NCBI RefSeq assembly: GCF_006345805.1
Contig: NW_021833089.1
Span: forward strand, 1 to 62,901
Direction: 5' to 3'
Origin: Octopus sinensis
Lineage: Eukaryota
Length of the DNA stretch: 62,901 nt
In this document: positions 1 to 13,796 of the stretch, in pieces
Numbering within the stretch: the stretch's first letter is position 1
Layout: every line of letters starts with the position of its first letter
Translations under genes and position numbers: made by a program
Notes under the pieces: model-generated
The model's database searches: none
Seen by the model: only the letters and a program-made list of their open reading frames with translations
Told to the model about the DNA's origin: nothing

Positions 1-200
1 GGCAGCAGTACCTCTTCCAGGCACTTGATGTAGGCCTCCATGTTGTGTCTGGGGCCATGTAGGAAGATGAATGGAGGCATAATTTTGCCATCACTAGCGA
101 TCACTCCAAACACCATGATGTTGAATGGGTGTTTGATTTTTATGACTCTCGGTACATGTTTTGGGGACATGGCAAGTCAACAGTTATTCACCATCTGTTC
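1..200 (-). mobile_element. Tc1/mariner superfamily (DD37D/maT-like) transposase fragment
   Basis: Minus strand reads VPRVIKIKHPFNIMVFGVIASDGKIMPPFIFLHGPRHNMEAYIKCLEEVLLP, homologous to the DD37D copy at 62050-62901 (VMVLRAVSNEGHVMPPYFFPKGLRVNSAAYIEVLE). Confidence 0.75.
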
Positions 201-302
201 ATATTAGAGTTTCTAGCATGAATGCCAAGCAGTACAGCATGTTTCCAAATTTCTGGCAGTGTTGTTTTTCTCACAGATGGTGCCCAACTGGCACTACTAT
301 AC

Positions 303-304
<2 letters not shown>

Positions 305-345
<41 letters not shown>

Positions 346-446
346 ATTGAGATTCAGTTGAATTAGGTACTTAAGTTGAAGCACTAAGTCTGTCTGATAT
401 TATCCGCACAGCTCGAAGATTTGATATATATATACATAATATATAA

Positions 447-477
<31 letters not shown>

Positions 478-590
478 CATAATATATAAATATATACATA
501 TATACATATATATACATAATATATAAATATATGCATATATACATATATGTACATACCTACATATATATGTATATATACATACATATATGG
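305..590. repeat. (TA)n / (TACA)n microsatellite cluster
   Basis: Directly visible runs; the YIYI-type ORFs here are artefacts. Confidence 0.95.
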
Positions 591-799
591 GTACAGGACA
601 TCAAAAAATCATGAACAAAAGGAAAAACGAGAACATAAAAAACAAAAGCATAGAAAACGAACTTTTTTTCCAACATCAAAAGAAACAAATAGAGAAACAA
701 GACAGACAACATAAAGAACATTCCCTTCATCAGTTGTCCCCTGTTTTATCTACTCTGTGTTTCGAAGGTAGGGACATTATGTGACTTCATTAAAACAGT

Positions 800-1410
800 C
801 CTTCCTGCAAAGCAAATTAAATAGAGTGATTTTCTCAGATGAATCCAGATTTGCATTATTTTCAGACAGTGGACGTGTTTGGGCCTGGAGGCTTCCCAAT
901 CAAGAATTTGATTTGAAACGACTCCAACCAACTGTGAAATGTGGCAGTATCTCTGTAATGGTATGAGTAGCTGTCATCAGCAATGGTTGTTCTGAGCTGA
1001 TCAAATTTGTTGGAACCATAAACTCTGAAAAATACATTGAAATACTTAAGCAAGGATTACTTCTGATGTATTCACACAATAACATAATGAAAAATGAGTT
1101 TTATTCATGGAAGATAGGGCTCCATGCCACACAGCAAAAAGGAATCAACAATGGTTGACTGAAAATGGGATCAAAAAACTTCCTTAGCCGAGCCTATCTC
1201 CTGACATGAACCTAATTGAAAATCTTTGGAGCATACTAGATAAAGCTATACGAAAACTCGACAGAAACCTAAATCTAAAGATGAATTGTTTTGATTGTTG
1301 CGTGAAAACTGAGCAGAAATTCCACAAGAGACAATCACAAAGCTCATCAGTTCATTGCCAAAAAGAGTTTCTGAATTAAAAACTGCAAAGGGAATGTCTA
1401 CTAAATACTA
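800..1410 (+). mobile_element. Degenerate Tc1 (DD34E) transposase
   Basis: VIFSDESRF (first D); then EDRAPCH...SPDMNLIENLW with 34 residues between the second D and E; ends KRVSELKTAKGMSTKY*. In-frame stops and frameshifts. Confidence 0.9.
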
Positions 1411-1959
1411 AAGTATATAGTCCTACCTATTGATTACATTTCAGTCATTCACTTTGCATATTAAATGAAAGATTTTGGAAAGTAAAGGTGTCTATTTATT
1501 TCCTGCATGTCTGTGTGTATATATACATATTACCTAATTAGTATCTCAGCATTACTTGCATTCCTTCCTATTTTCCATTTGCCTCCCTTCTGAAGGAAAG
1601 TGTCTTCTAATCTTCAAATGTTGATATAAATTAGTAGGTTTGCACAAACAGCTCAGTTTATGTCTGATTTTGCTATAACTAACCATTCAGCAACAGATAC
1701 CGGAGTGATACTTTTCAGTTATGTAGGCTGAGACATGCAGAGTTAATGTCTGAGTGGTTGATTTAATGAGTATATTGATTGTCAGTGCCTTAACAGATGA
1801 ACCTCCAGCGGATACCTTACAAGCCAGCAAGAGCCTTCATGTAATCACTTGCTAGAACTAACAGCCAAAATATCCTTCGAACTGTACTCTCATATCTGTT
1901 TTAAGAGATGAATGATACATTATACATTGGATAATGTAGTTCTTAATATCTCTGGAGAA

Positions 1960-2530
1960 AACAAGGACAGGATGGTTTGGAATCAAAGGACCTTAGAGTT
2001 AATTTAGCAAAGACCAAAATCCTAGTAAGTAAGAAAGCAGACACAGCATCAATCCTTTCAGGGAGATGACCCTGCTTGATATATAGAAAAAGTGTTGGTA
2101 GAAGTTCCATACTTCCCTCATACAAACACACACACACACTCACTGTTCCACAATCAATTTCTCTTTAACTCTATCTCTCCTTTCTCTCCCTACAGGGATA
2201 GCCAAGTTTCTCCTCTATAGCAAGATACCTATTTCTATCCCTCTATTATACTTTAACCTTTCACCTGGATCAAAGCCACATCCCTTAGTTCCAGTCCCTC
2301 TCCCAGCTGAGAGGTCTTCATCCCACAAGTTACTTGGAGACCCTGCTGATGACTGTGCCACATAAAAAGCACCCCGTACACTCTGTAAAGTGACTGGTGT
2401 TGGGAAGGGCATCCAGCTGTAGAAACCATGCTGAAACAGATATGGAACTTGGTGCAGCTCTCTGACTTGACTAGCTCCTGTCAAACTGTCATTCATGCCA
2501 GCATGGAAAAAAGATGTTAATTGATGATAT
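1960..2530 (+). mobile_element. RTE-clade LINE 3' remnant
   Basis: GLESKDLRVNLAKTKILVS..SGR*PC (RT C-terminal region) followed by the GGAAGGGCATCCAGCTGTAGAAAC...CATGCCAGCATGGAAA 3' end with a GAT tail, which recurs elsewhere in the window. Confidence 0.65.
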
Positions 2531-2770
2531 TGTTAGCTGTTCATAAGCATCATATCTAATCGCTCGCATGCTGGTAGTTGTTCACTAATTTGTTGTTAGC
2601 TGGTCACTGGTATACAAGTAGATGTTCATTTGCTTGATGCTTGTCATTTGTATATTTTATCATGCATTTGATTATCTCTTTATCTAGCATATGCATAAAA
2701 ATGTGTGACGACATTTGTATGTCCTAATGTCACTCATTTATATATTTGCTATTTTTTCCTCTCATTGCAG

Positions 2771-2872
2771 GTTTTTAACTTTGCCTTGACATATAATGCC
2801 ATTGTGGGAATCCTTCTTGCCTTTTCTGTAGCATTTGCCTCTAAAGTGATAATGGATGAGGTTGTTATATAA
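2771..2872 (+). CDS. Candidate (terminal) coding exon of an unidentified membrane protein
   Basis: Strong acceptor (tttttcctctcattgcag|), open frame VFNFALTYNAIVGILLAFSVAFASKVIMDEVVI* with one hydrophobic helix. No homolog recognised. Confidence 0.3.
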   Translation, partial: VFNFALTYNAIVGILLAFSVAFASKVIMDEVVI

Positions 2873-3181
2873 CAAGAAGAAAAGAAGAAACAAAATATCA
2901 GCCAGTACTGAAAATGCTAATTTAAACAACCAATGAACAAAAAGAAAAAATACTGAACCAATGAGATTATTCGCTTAAAAATTCAAAGAGCACAAATCTT
3001 TGGATCATTCTTTTCTTGCTTTCGTCTACTCCATTTTCAACTGAAATGCTACCCACATAAATTCTCGGGGTAGCAGCAGTTGTTTTTAAATAACTACTCT
3101 TTAAGTCTGTCCTGCATATATATATATATATGGATGATGATCCGTACCAAAGTATTCCAGTAATGTCCTGTATATATATAT

Positions 3182-3214
<33 letters not shown>

Positions 3215-3641
3215 TTGTATGGAGGATGATCTATACGAAATTATTTCAGTAATGTCATACCGGTCAAATTTACTTTAGTTTGTTTTTTTTGTTTTGTTTT
3301 TGTTTTTGTTTTTGTGGGAGATGGGGATGATATTTTATTGTTATTTGTTTTAAAAAGTTATCACATCACTGTTGCTATGAACACTTCTACTATCACCATC
3401 ATATTTTCTAACCAAAAAAACTGTTACTTTCACTGAACTTCTACTGCAACTACTACCATTGTAACCAATAATGTATGGATTAAAACAAGTTCTTAGTAAA
3501 GTACTCTCATTTCATGAAATAGGAAGTTAGTGATTTTTAAAATCTTTTTTAATCTGTTACTAATTCACTTAAATTTTTTTTACTAAACAAAACTACCAAA
3601 ATCTAATTCCAGATACTACAAGTTTTCTGTTTTTTTACCTG

Positions 3642-3682
<41 letters not shown>

Positions 3683-5390
3683 TATATATATGAGAGAGAG
3701 AGAGAAGAAGAAAAAGAAGAAGAGAAAAGAGTGCACTAAGAGAGAACTCAATTTTATAAAGATTTATGGTAAGAACTAGGAAAGTTCATTACCTAATTGT
3801 AACTGAGTTTCATCCAGGATTGGGTATTTTTTGATTAGTGAACAGTTGAAGAATGGATGTTACATTTATAGTTGGTGTGTTTGGTTGGAAGTGTTTGAAT
3901 CACATGGAATCTTAACTTCCGGCATTTAAACATTTACCATACAAAAAAAGCAGTAAGACCATCCAATGTGTGTGTGTGTGTGTGCTATGGACCAGAAGCA
4001 ATATTAGATCAAAATAGCCATCTGTGTATCATACGTAGTTATAAATACATCATGAAAATCACTGTGTATAAACACTGACAATGCTTATATAGGCTGAAAT
4101 GTATTGAGCATTCCCACCAGCCACTGCTAGGATGATTTTTGCCTGCCTCTGGTAGATATATGTATTGCTTTTAAACCCAGTATTGTTGTAAATTTACTTT
4201 TTGTGATGTATTTGCTTTAAGTAGGAAACATAAGTGGCTATTTTAATCTCATACTACTTGTGTTGCTTGTAATGGATTTTTATTCAGGTGGATGGCTGTT
4301 TGCAACATCAGTGATTGTTCATTCACTGTTAATGTACATCAATGATAAGATTTTATCATTGCATGAGGTTGGCCATGAGTACATGCTACTGACAATATGC
4401 AAATAGGCAGAAATTCATCTAGCATTCTCGCTAGTCATGATTTTCATTTGGCCCTGGTACATATTGTGTTTTTAAACACAGCACATCCATAAGAGTTATT
4501 TTGGATGGATACCCAGCAAATTTGCTTCTGGCAATGTATCTACATTGAGTATGATACACAGTGTATGTGTACATTCATGCATACTTTATATATACATATT
4601 CACTCCAGATAGTGCATACTGTATATCATCATTTTATATTTGACATGAGCTGACTGAGTTATCATGATCCATTAGGGGGACAGTAACGCCTATACCCTTT
4701 TAAATGGATCAGAAGACCACATGTCACATTTACATTCCATTTTTGGCATGTTTTGTATGGCTAGATGCCTTTCCTAATGCCAACCACTTTATAGAGTATA
4801 CTGGGTGCATTCTGTGACAGTAACATTAGAGAGGTTGTCATCTCCTCAGACAGACTAAAGAGTACTCTTGACCTTACTTTGTTATTACTCATTCACTACC
4901 CACTTTGCAGAGTGTACTGAGTACATATTATCATGGTGCCAACAAAAGTATGTTGCATTGTACCCTACAAGACTAAAGAGTCCTCATTACTTTACAGTGT
5001 CTGTATTCATTCAAGACAATCTTATCATTAAGGTAAATTGGAAAGAGTCTGATCACAAAACTGGGATGATTAGGTGAAGGAAGCAAGAGTATGATGAGAG
5101 AAATTGTGATCAAGTTAAGAGGGTTTGAAAGGAGAGAGTAATGGAAGTGAGACGATGATAGCAACTATATGTATACTAGTAAGAGAGAGATTCAGTGATG
5201 GATAATAATTTAGATAATGGTAAGAGAGAGAGAGAGTAACAGATGTCTGTAATGAGTGTCCTGGAAAAGAGGAAATGCAGGCTGGTAGCACAGAAAGTGT
5301 GTTGGTAGAGTGTATCAGATACAAACCGACTTATTGTCATGGAGAAGAGAGGTTAAGTGATAAGGAAGGTAGTTGAGGGGTATTGAATAG

Positions 5391-7665
5391 CACTGGACAA
5401 CAAGGGATGCTAATTCCGAATTTGCACTCAGAATTGTTCTAGCACGTCAGGATTTTGAGTTATGCACATGCCCAAGATTATAACTATACTTTTGGCTAAA
5501 TATAGGCTGTATTATAAAATTTGCTAAAAGGAAAGCAGTCTTAATTCAAAATTAAAGAAATAACAGCAATAAAATAAATGATGAGGAAGTTCTTTAGTTT
5601 AGTAATAGATGGCACTGACATATTGTGTGCAAGCACCAAATATGTCAATTTGTTCTTGGTAACTCTCAGTGTCGTTTGCACTACTGTCACATATGGTATG
5701 TGTATCTCTTGCACTACGTGGTTACTGTTTTAACTGTGTTCATTGTGTTAGGTCATGAATAGGAGAGGCTGTGTGACCCACCCAAACAACTTTTGTTATG
5801 TCTGTGGAAAATTTGCTCCATGTGACCAATGGAAGAACATTCCCACCAAATTAAAAACTGCTTGTAAATATTATTTTGGAACCAAGTCAGCCTGTAAATA
5901 TTATTTTGGGACCAAGACAAAAGGTGGGCACCTCATATGCTGTACCATGTGTTACTCAGGGCTTACACTGGCTGAATGGAAAAATGGAAGGGAATGCCTT
6001 TTACTGTACCAATGGTATGGCATGAACCAACCAATCATGTCTCTGATTGTTACTTTTGCATGACTAATATTAGTGGTTTCTCAAAGAAAACCAAAGCAAA
6101 AATTGTGTATGCAGGTTGTAAGTCAGCTCTAAAGCTGGTCCCACATGATTTTGAGAACTCTGTCTAAGTTCCCCTCTCACTTGATTCACTTGAAGACCTA
6201 GACATGTTGCCCATTGAACCCCCTGATTTTCCTATCGACGAAGAGTATGTAGTTGATTCCAAAAAGAATAAGCCATGCTTGTTTAATCAAGAAGATTTGA
6301 ACAATTTAGTATGAAACCTAGCATTGTAAAAGGAGAAGGCAGGAGTTTTGGAATCCAGACTGCAGCAAAGGAAACTCCTACAGCAAGGTGTGAAAACTTC
6401 CTTTTTCCGTTCTTGCCATGAAGCTTATCGGTCTTTTTCAAGCAAGAAAATAATGATTGTTTGTGTACTGATGTTAATGCACTCATGCAAAAACTAGGAC
6501 ACATGCATGTGACTAACGAATGGAGTTTGTATATAGACTCATAAGGTTAGCCTCAAAGCTGTGTTGTTACATAATGGTAATGAAAAACTTTCCATTCCTG
6601 TAGGTCATGTTGGTATGGAAGAAACTTAAGAATCAATGGAACTCATTCTGAAAGGAGTTAATTATTCAGTTCAAACGTGGAATATTTGTCATGATTTAAA
6701 GGTGATTTCCCTCCTCCTAGGACTGCAGCTGGGATATATCAAAAATATGTGTTTCTTGTGTGTTTGAAACAGCTGTGACGACAGCAATGTGCAGCATATG
6801 CCTCTGGTAGACCCGAAAAAGATCTTCCTTCCACCATTTCACTTCAAACTTGGCCTCATTAAAAAACTTTGCAAAAACAATGACACATGATGGTTGTGGC
6901 TTCCAGTACCTATAAGTAAAATTTGATGCAGAGAAAAGTGAAACAAAACTGAAAGCAGACATTTTCATTGGACCCAAGATCAGAGAACTGATGTCTGATA
7001 GCAAATTCAGTTGAGCTGATGGCATAGGATTCATTCATGTTAGTTGTACAGAACTTTCTTGGAAAGAGCTGAAAACTATGTTGATTTAATAAACAACATG
7101 CTAACAGTGTATGAAAGAATGGGATGCCAAATGTCCCTTAAAATACACTTCTTGCATTCTCATCTCAATTTTTTTTCTAACAAATCTTGGTGCCTTTAAT
7201 GATGAGCATGGGGAGAGGTACTACCAGGACATATCTGAGATGGAAATGAGGTATCAAGGCTGGTTCAATCCACACATGATGGGTGACTACTGCTGGTTCC
7301 TACAACAGGAGACCAGTATGATGCATAAGCTCAAGAGCAAGTGTCTCAAACATTTCTGAGCTGAGCATATCAAAAATAAAGTGAGTATTCCCTTAACATA
7401 AATATACTATGTACCATTATATTATGATACTATTTGCCTTAAACATAAATATGCTATATACAGTACTAATGTATTGTTATAATTATTATTTACCTTGAAC
7501 TGAACTATTCCTGATATTAATATAGTATCAATATATAATTATACACATAACTCAGAATCCTGATGTGTTACAGTAATTCTGAGTTCAGATTTGGAATCAG
7601 TGTACTTGATTTAGTCTAGCACAGCTCCATTTGTCTGGATAGCAACAATATTTTGTTTCCCAGTG
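5391..7665 (+). mobile_element. Degenerate full-length Chapaev3-like (CMC superfamily) DNA transposon
   Basis: Termini CACTGGACAACA... / ...TTTGTTTCCCAGTG, 3-bp TAG duplication on both sides, and subterminal inverted motif CT(A/G)ATTCC(G/A)AAT(T/C)TG(C/A)ACTCAGAATT. Transposase remnants 5755-7359: CVTHPNNFCYVCG, PMVWHEPTNHVSDCYFC, LPPLHFKLG, DEHGERYYQDI..MMGDYCW. Confidence 0.75.
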
Positions 7666-8305
7666 TAGTCAGTTCCAATGCTACCCCTTGTTACATGGTT
7701 CAATGAATGGAAGAGACAACATTGTTATCTCTAATTACATAGGTAGCCTGACATAGTAAATAGGAGAAATAAACATGAGTTTATCAAAAAGATTTACAGG
7801 GACATGTTGAGCAACAGACCCAAACGTATATGTGTCTCCTAGCCTCCTGTTTTTTTTTTATCATTCAGGGAGAGCACTATCCAGTTAGCTCTTATCTCAA
7901 GGGAGATTACTTGTTGTACATCGTAAGGAATTAGCCAGCAGTGTTTCATGTATGGATGAATAGCGTGAGCATTGCCTTTTTCATACGTATATAAACACCA
8001 CCAGCACCAGCAGATGATAAATAAATAAAAATAAAAAGACCTCTTTTTCCCCACCACCAAAAAGAAAACACACAACCTCTAAATTCACTTGTATTTTTTC
8101 TCAATTCTTCACTAGTCAAAAGAGTTTCATCACTGATCACTGTGAGGCATTGAACTTTCCAGTTACCACTACCACGCATGTGTGTGCATGCATGTGCAAT
8201 TGGATAAAGATAAAATTATTCAAGTTTAAATGATCTATATCATTAAAAACAATTTTTACCAATGCCACCAGTTTCCTTAGACTGTATTTATATATATATA
8301 TATAT

Positions 8306-8342
<37 letters not shown>

Positions 8343-8604
8343 ACACTCCATCGGTTATGACGGCGATGGTTGCACTTGATTCAATCAATGAAACAGCCTG
8401 CTCATGAAATTAACATGCAAGTGGCTGAGCACTCCACAGCCATATGTACCCTTAATGTAGTTCCCAGGAAGATTCAGTGTGACACAGAATGTGACAAGGC
8501 TGGCCCTTAGAATTACAGGTACTACTCATTTTTGCCAGCTGAGTGAACTGGAGCAACATGAAATAAAGTGTCTTGTACAGGGACACAATGCGTCACCAGG
8601 AATT

Positions 8605-8800
8605 CATCATCATCATCATTTAACATCCACTGTACATGCTGGCATGGGCTGGACAGTTTGACCAAGCTGGCATGCTGGAAGGCTGCACTAGACTGAAGTC
8701 TGATTTGGCATAGTTTACAGCTGAATGCCCTTCCTAACACTAACCACTCTGAGAGGACAATGGGTGCTTTTACATGTCACTGGCATGGATGCCATTTGTG
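8605..8800 (-). mobile_element. RTE LINE 3'-end fragment
   Basis: (CAT)n tail plus reverse complement of the RTE 3' end seen at 2330-2530; related copies near 12635-12840 and 57700-57810. Confidence 0.6.
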
Positions 8801-8944
8801 TGACACCAAGGTACTTTTACATACCACCACCACAGGTGCCAATTTTCGTGACACCAGTATCTGCAACAACTGCAATTTTGCTTGGCTTGATGGGTCTTCT
8901 CAAGCACAATATAATGCCAAAGTTCTTGGTCATTGCCTTCTTAT

Positions 8945-9260
8945 GGAAGAAATGTAGACAGAACTAAAGAGAAGAGTTCATCAGAAGAATCTATGCAATC
9001 TTGAAGAGTTGTGGGAACTCAGCAACAGAGAATGGCATCTCATTCCTGTGACGATGGTGGATGATTTGTATGCATCTCTTCCCAGGTGCCTTGAAGCCTC
9101 AAGCTAAGGGAAACCACACAAATTTTAACAATGTACAGTAACTTCTTGAAATGAACGTTATGTAATAAATTTTCATGATAGACGTTTTTCTGTTTTAAAA
9201 CACTGTATCTTGATCAGTTTATGCGAGGTGGCCGAAGACTTTTGCACAGCCATTTTTGGT
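8945..9260 (+). mobile_element. Tc1 transposase C-terminal fragment with end remnant
   Basis: ELKRRVHQKNLCNLEELWE...MVDDLYASLPRCLEA..KGNHT, followed by GGTGGCCGAAGACTTTTGCACAG, a Tc1-type terminal motif that is repeated near 9400. Confidence 0.65.
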
Positions 9261-9549
9261 GGTCTTCTCTCATTGAGAACTCCTACAAAATATGATTAGG
9301 TATGGAAATTACTCCAACAGGGCCAATGTTTCATCTGTAAAAGCACGATGTGAAACATCCACTTATAAGTTGGCAGTTATTAGAAATTTACAATAGTTTA
9401 AAGTGGCCAAAGACTTTTTCACATGTGTATATATATATATATATGTATATATAAGTGTATATATCAGTTGAATAAAGTTAAAACAAAGTCTGGTTTTCAT
9501 GTTTTCTATTATGGTATTTTGATACAACTAGCGCTTTCATACATAATGT

Positions 9550-10913
9550 ACTCATCAGATTTCAAATGTGTTCAACTGACATGGGGATGTGATTTGCTCC
9601 AGTTTTCGTGAACTCAGTATTGGGATACTTGGAACAAAACATATATTAAAAAAATGAAGAAAACTACAGCATGACCTCTAAAAGACATATAGAGGACACA
9701 TGGAAAAGATACCGCGATGATTGTTTCCTAATTTGGACCAAATCCATAGAAAATTTAGAAGAATTCAGCACCCTCCTCAATAATCTGTACCCTAGTCTTA
9801 ACTTCACAAGAGAAATGATCAACACACAATTATCATTTCTTGACATAATGGTATTTAAAAAACAACACCTCAATCACAACTGATATTTATTACAAAAGCA
9901 GATACACATCAGTACCTAAATTTCAAATCATACCACCCAACACACACAAAACGCAACATCCCATACAGTCTAGTCAGGAAAATTTGAACTATAGTCGGTA
10001 ATCCAAATATCAGAAACACATGACTTATAGAACTCAAAGGATTTCTGCTCAAGCAAAATTATCTTCTCCTACTTATAGAAAATAGCATAAAAATGAGCAA
10101 AAGGGATACCTATAAAACAACTTAGAGCAACACAAAAAAGACAAACCCCTCAAAGAAACACAATACCATTTCTAGTAACACACAATCCGCATCACCAAAA
10201 CATTTTTAACATCATCAAAACTAAGTGAAAGATTAAAAAACAATAACTAATCAAATATTTATCTTAAGCAAAAGGTAACTACATAACCTAAAGAAACTAT
10301 TAACAAAGGCAAAATTCAACATGAATAAATGGGATAACACATTCACAATATCCAAGTGTAATAATAACAGATGTGGAAAGTGTCAATACATGCATATGGG
10401 TTGATCCATTAGAACAAAAAAGGAACTGCAAAAGTAGAAATTTGATCTGCATTAAGTGCCCAAATTGTGAGGAATTATATGTTGGTGAGACAGGGAATAC
10501 ATTATCAGAACTCTCACGAGTCCACAGACAACAAATCCGGAACACCAATGTTTGCCAAATTCCACTGGGCAAATATATAGAGACATGTGGTCAGAAAATG
10601 TTTCTAATTTTTCCTTTCCACAAACTAAATGACACAAGTAAGGTTGGAAGAAAGATAAAAGAAAAACAGTTAATTAAAATTATTTAAACCTGTTCTGAAA
10701 GGAAATAACAGCAATAATATGACAACCAGTTAATGATCTGGATTAATAAACGTAAACAAGTTATGGAATATCGGTCCGCCTGACAAACTGTGATGATTAA
10801 GAGCATATGGATTGATAATAAAAGGATTCTAAAAATTCAGCTGGTTGAGTTGTCGAGAACTCAACTGTCAGTTAAACATATTTTAAATCTGGTAAGTACA
10901 CTATGTATGAAAT

Positions 10914-10956
<43 letters not shown>

Positions 10957-11140
10957 ACACCATGCTAGACCGCTGAAATCAACAAGTTTTTTTCATTCTC
11001 TTTCTGCTTATTTTCTCTTATTCCTTTCTGCTGAAGAGCGTAAGCTCAAAACGTAAAAGACTTTTTCATTTTTCCCAAGTGTCAAACTAATATACTTGCT
11101 TGTTCATACACCTGTCTTTGTCTTTTGTTTTTCTATAAAT
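9550..11140 (+). mobile_element. Degenerate Penelope-like element (RT + GIY-YIG) with 3' pLTR remnant
   Basis: FAPVF..LGYLE, WKRYRDDCFLIW, LSFLDIMV, HQYLNFKSYHP..KRNIPYS, LICIKCPNCEELYVGETG; downstream pLTR-like tract with CTGAAGAG..AAAACGTA hammerhead-like core at 11024-11060. Confidence 0.85.
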
Positions 11141-11639
11141 TTCAACTATATATATATATATATACACACACACACATACATACATACATACATACATAAT
11201 ATGATCTTGCTAGATAAGTTTATAGATAGATATTTATATCTGGATAGATATATATGTATGTATCTTCATTTAAATATACATAAACTTGGCCTTCCACAAA
11301 TTTTCAAAAGAATCCACAGTGCTGTACTACAAGATAGGGCTATTGTTTGAGGAAATGTTTCACCAACTGCAGACTTCATAAGGTTAAGTAAAATACTAAA
11401 TAAACAGTTCCAAAGTGTCTTCACTTTTCTCACTGGGAGATATGCAAATAAGTAAGCCTGGTAAGTTCTTCAACACTGCAGATTCACACAGGGAAGAGGT
11501 AACTTCTGACTGCATCAATATAAAAGGGGATGTGATATCAGCCATTGATGAAAGAAACTGAACTCAGTAATGGATTCTGATGGTTTTCTTGATTTTCTTT
11601 TAAAGACATGCAAGAAAACTTTCCTAAAACCACTGCAGA

Positions 11640-12170
11640 TATTTTCCCAGAATGTTTGCATTTGGCAGACTTCACAAAGTGTTAAAAGACGATACAATAC
11701 ATCCTTTCCATCAAGGAGGAAGTAGAGCAGATGCTAAAATTTACAGGCCAATCTCTTTGTCCTCACATTTAGCAAAGTCATGGAACATATTGTCAGAAAG
11801 AGGCTGATCATTTCCTAGAAGAAAATAGCTTGCTTACTAATATGCAGCATGACTTCTGTTCAGGAAGCAGCTGCATTACACAGCTGCCATAGCATTAAGG
11901 CTTGGTATTGAAGCAACAGCTTAACCATCTAAATATGATTGTGATGTACCTCAACTCTGCTTGGGCCTTCAACAATGTTGATCACTGAGTGATGTGTCAC
12001 AAATGGCCTGACCTTGGCATCATTGGAAAACTAGAGGAGTGACTGCATGACATTTTCAAAGGGTTGATGTCAGAGATATATATCCACTGGTTCTCTTTCT
12101 GAAGAAACATCAATTGTAAATGGTGTCCCTCGGGGGCCACTATTGTTTGTAGTGGCTTTACAAAGATAGC
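11640..12170 (+). mobile_element. CR1/L2/Jockey-type LINE reverse transcriptase remnant
   Basis: PFHQGGSR.DA..YRPISL.SHFSKVMEH..FLEENSLL..MQHDF.SGSSCITQL, later GVPRGPLLF; many lesions. Confidence 0.7.
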
Positions 12171-13796
12171 TATGGATATACATGTGCATCTGAGTGTTTA
12201 TGATTGTGCTCATTTGTATGAAAGTCACGAGTTTTGAGCTGTGTTGCTTACACTTCTATCAATAAGTGCCTGCCCATTCAGTGCCTTCAAAGTTATCTGG
12301 AATAATAAACCTGTTTCTTGAAAAACAGTTAAAGGCTAGAATGAAGAAGGGCATCTAACTGTAAAACAATGCCTCAATAATATATTCATCAAACCCATGC
12401 TTGCATGGAAAAATGAATGAGCAAATATATATATATATAGGGAGAGTTTATGAAAAAAACAAAAGACGAGGACAGGTGGTGTACAAAACAAACAGATGCA
12501 TTAGTATAACACTCAGGAATAGAAAAAGTCTTTTACATTTCGAGCCTACACTCTTCTACAGAAAGGGACACAGAAAAAAATATATATATATATATTTAGT
12601 ATATTAATATTTAGCAAAAGCAACAGATTGACACTTATCATTCAACTTTCCATGCCGGCATGGATTAGATGGTTTGATTGGAACTGGTAAGCTGGGCAGC
12701 TGTACCAGGTTTCAGTCTGATTTTGATTGGTTTCTACAGCTGGATACCCTTCCCAATACCAACCACTCCAAGAGTGTAGTGGGTTCCTTTTACATGACAC
12801 CAGTACCAGTCACAACTACAATTTCACTTGGCTTGATGAGTATTCTCAAGTACTGCAAATCACCAAAGGTCTCAATCACTTGTCATCGCCTCTGTAAGAC
12901 CCAACATTCAAAGATCATGTTTCACCACATCGTTCCATGTCTTCCTGGGTCTACTTCTTCCACAGGTTCCCTCCGCAGTTAGAGATCAGCACTTCTTTAT
13001 GTAGCAGTTTTTGTCCATACGCATCACATAACTATATCAGTGCAGTCATCTCTCTTGCACACCACATCTGATGCCTCTTATGCCCAGTTTTTCTCTCAAG
13101 ATGCTTACACTCTGTCATATATGCATGCTGAAATTGCATATCAAGAAAAGCATACAAGCTTCATTTCTTTCAAATTCAAATAATTAAAACAACCTACACA
13201 TTGAATTATAATGTATGTAGCTGAGCATTCTACAAACATCTCTCCTTGACATAATTTTCAGACACATTTCTTGATTCTGTCTGTGTAACAATACTGACCC
13301 TTCAAATTACAAGGGCTGCCTATCCAATGGGCTTTCACATACTTCCTTTCTAGCTAATTTCACACACAAGACTTGGGATGATCCAATGCTATAGTATAGG
13401 ACACTTTGCCAAGATTCTTCATTATGGGATGGGAACTGAATCACTGTAATTACAAAACAAACTTAACCACACAACTATGCACCCATTTACTTTGCATTTG
13501 AAGTACCAAGCCACACACACACTAATGTTGGGTATAAAAGTATACTTCACCATAAAAGTAAATCATTTCATATTTCATCTTCCATTTATTTATAGTTTTT
13601 TTGTTGTTGTTTTTTTTTGGTGGAGTCTTGTCTCTGTTAAAAACATCATTAATAGAAAAATTAGGATTTATCCAATACTCATTTTTTTAATAAAATAAAG
13701 TGTATGTAAATATATTATTTAGTTTCTTTAACTTTTTTAAAGTATTTTAATTTTTGTTGAAGTAATTTCATTTATTTGTGATGCCTGTAAAGAAAT

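Noticed and set aside
3830-3960. Strong donor GCA|GTAAGA suggesting an exon
   Set aside because: No acceptor gives a stop-free frame that reaches the donor.
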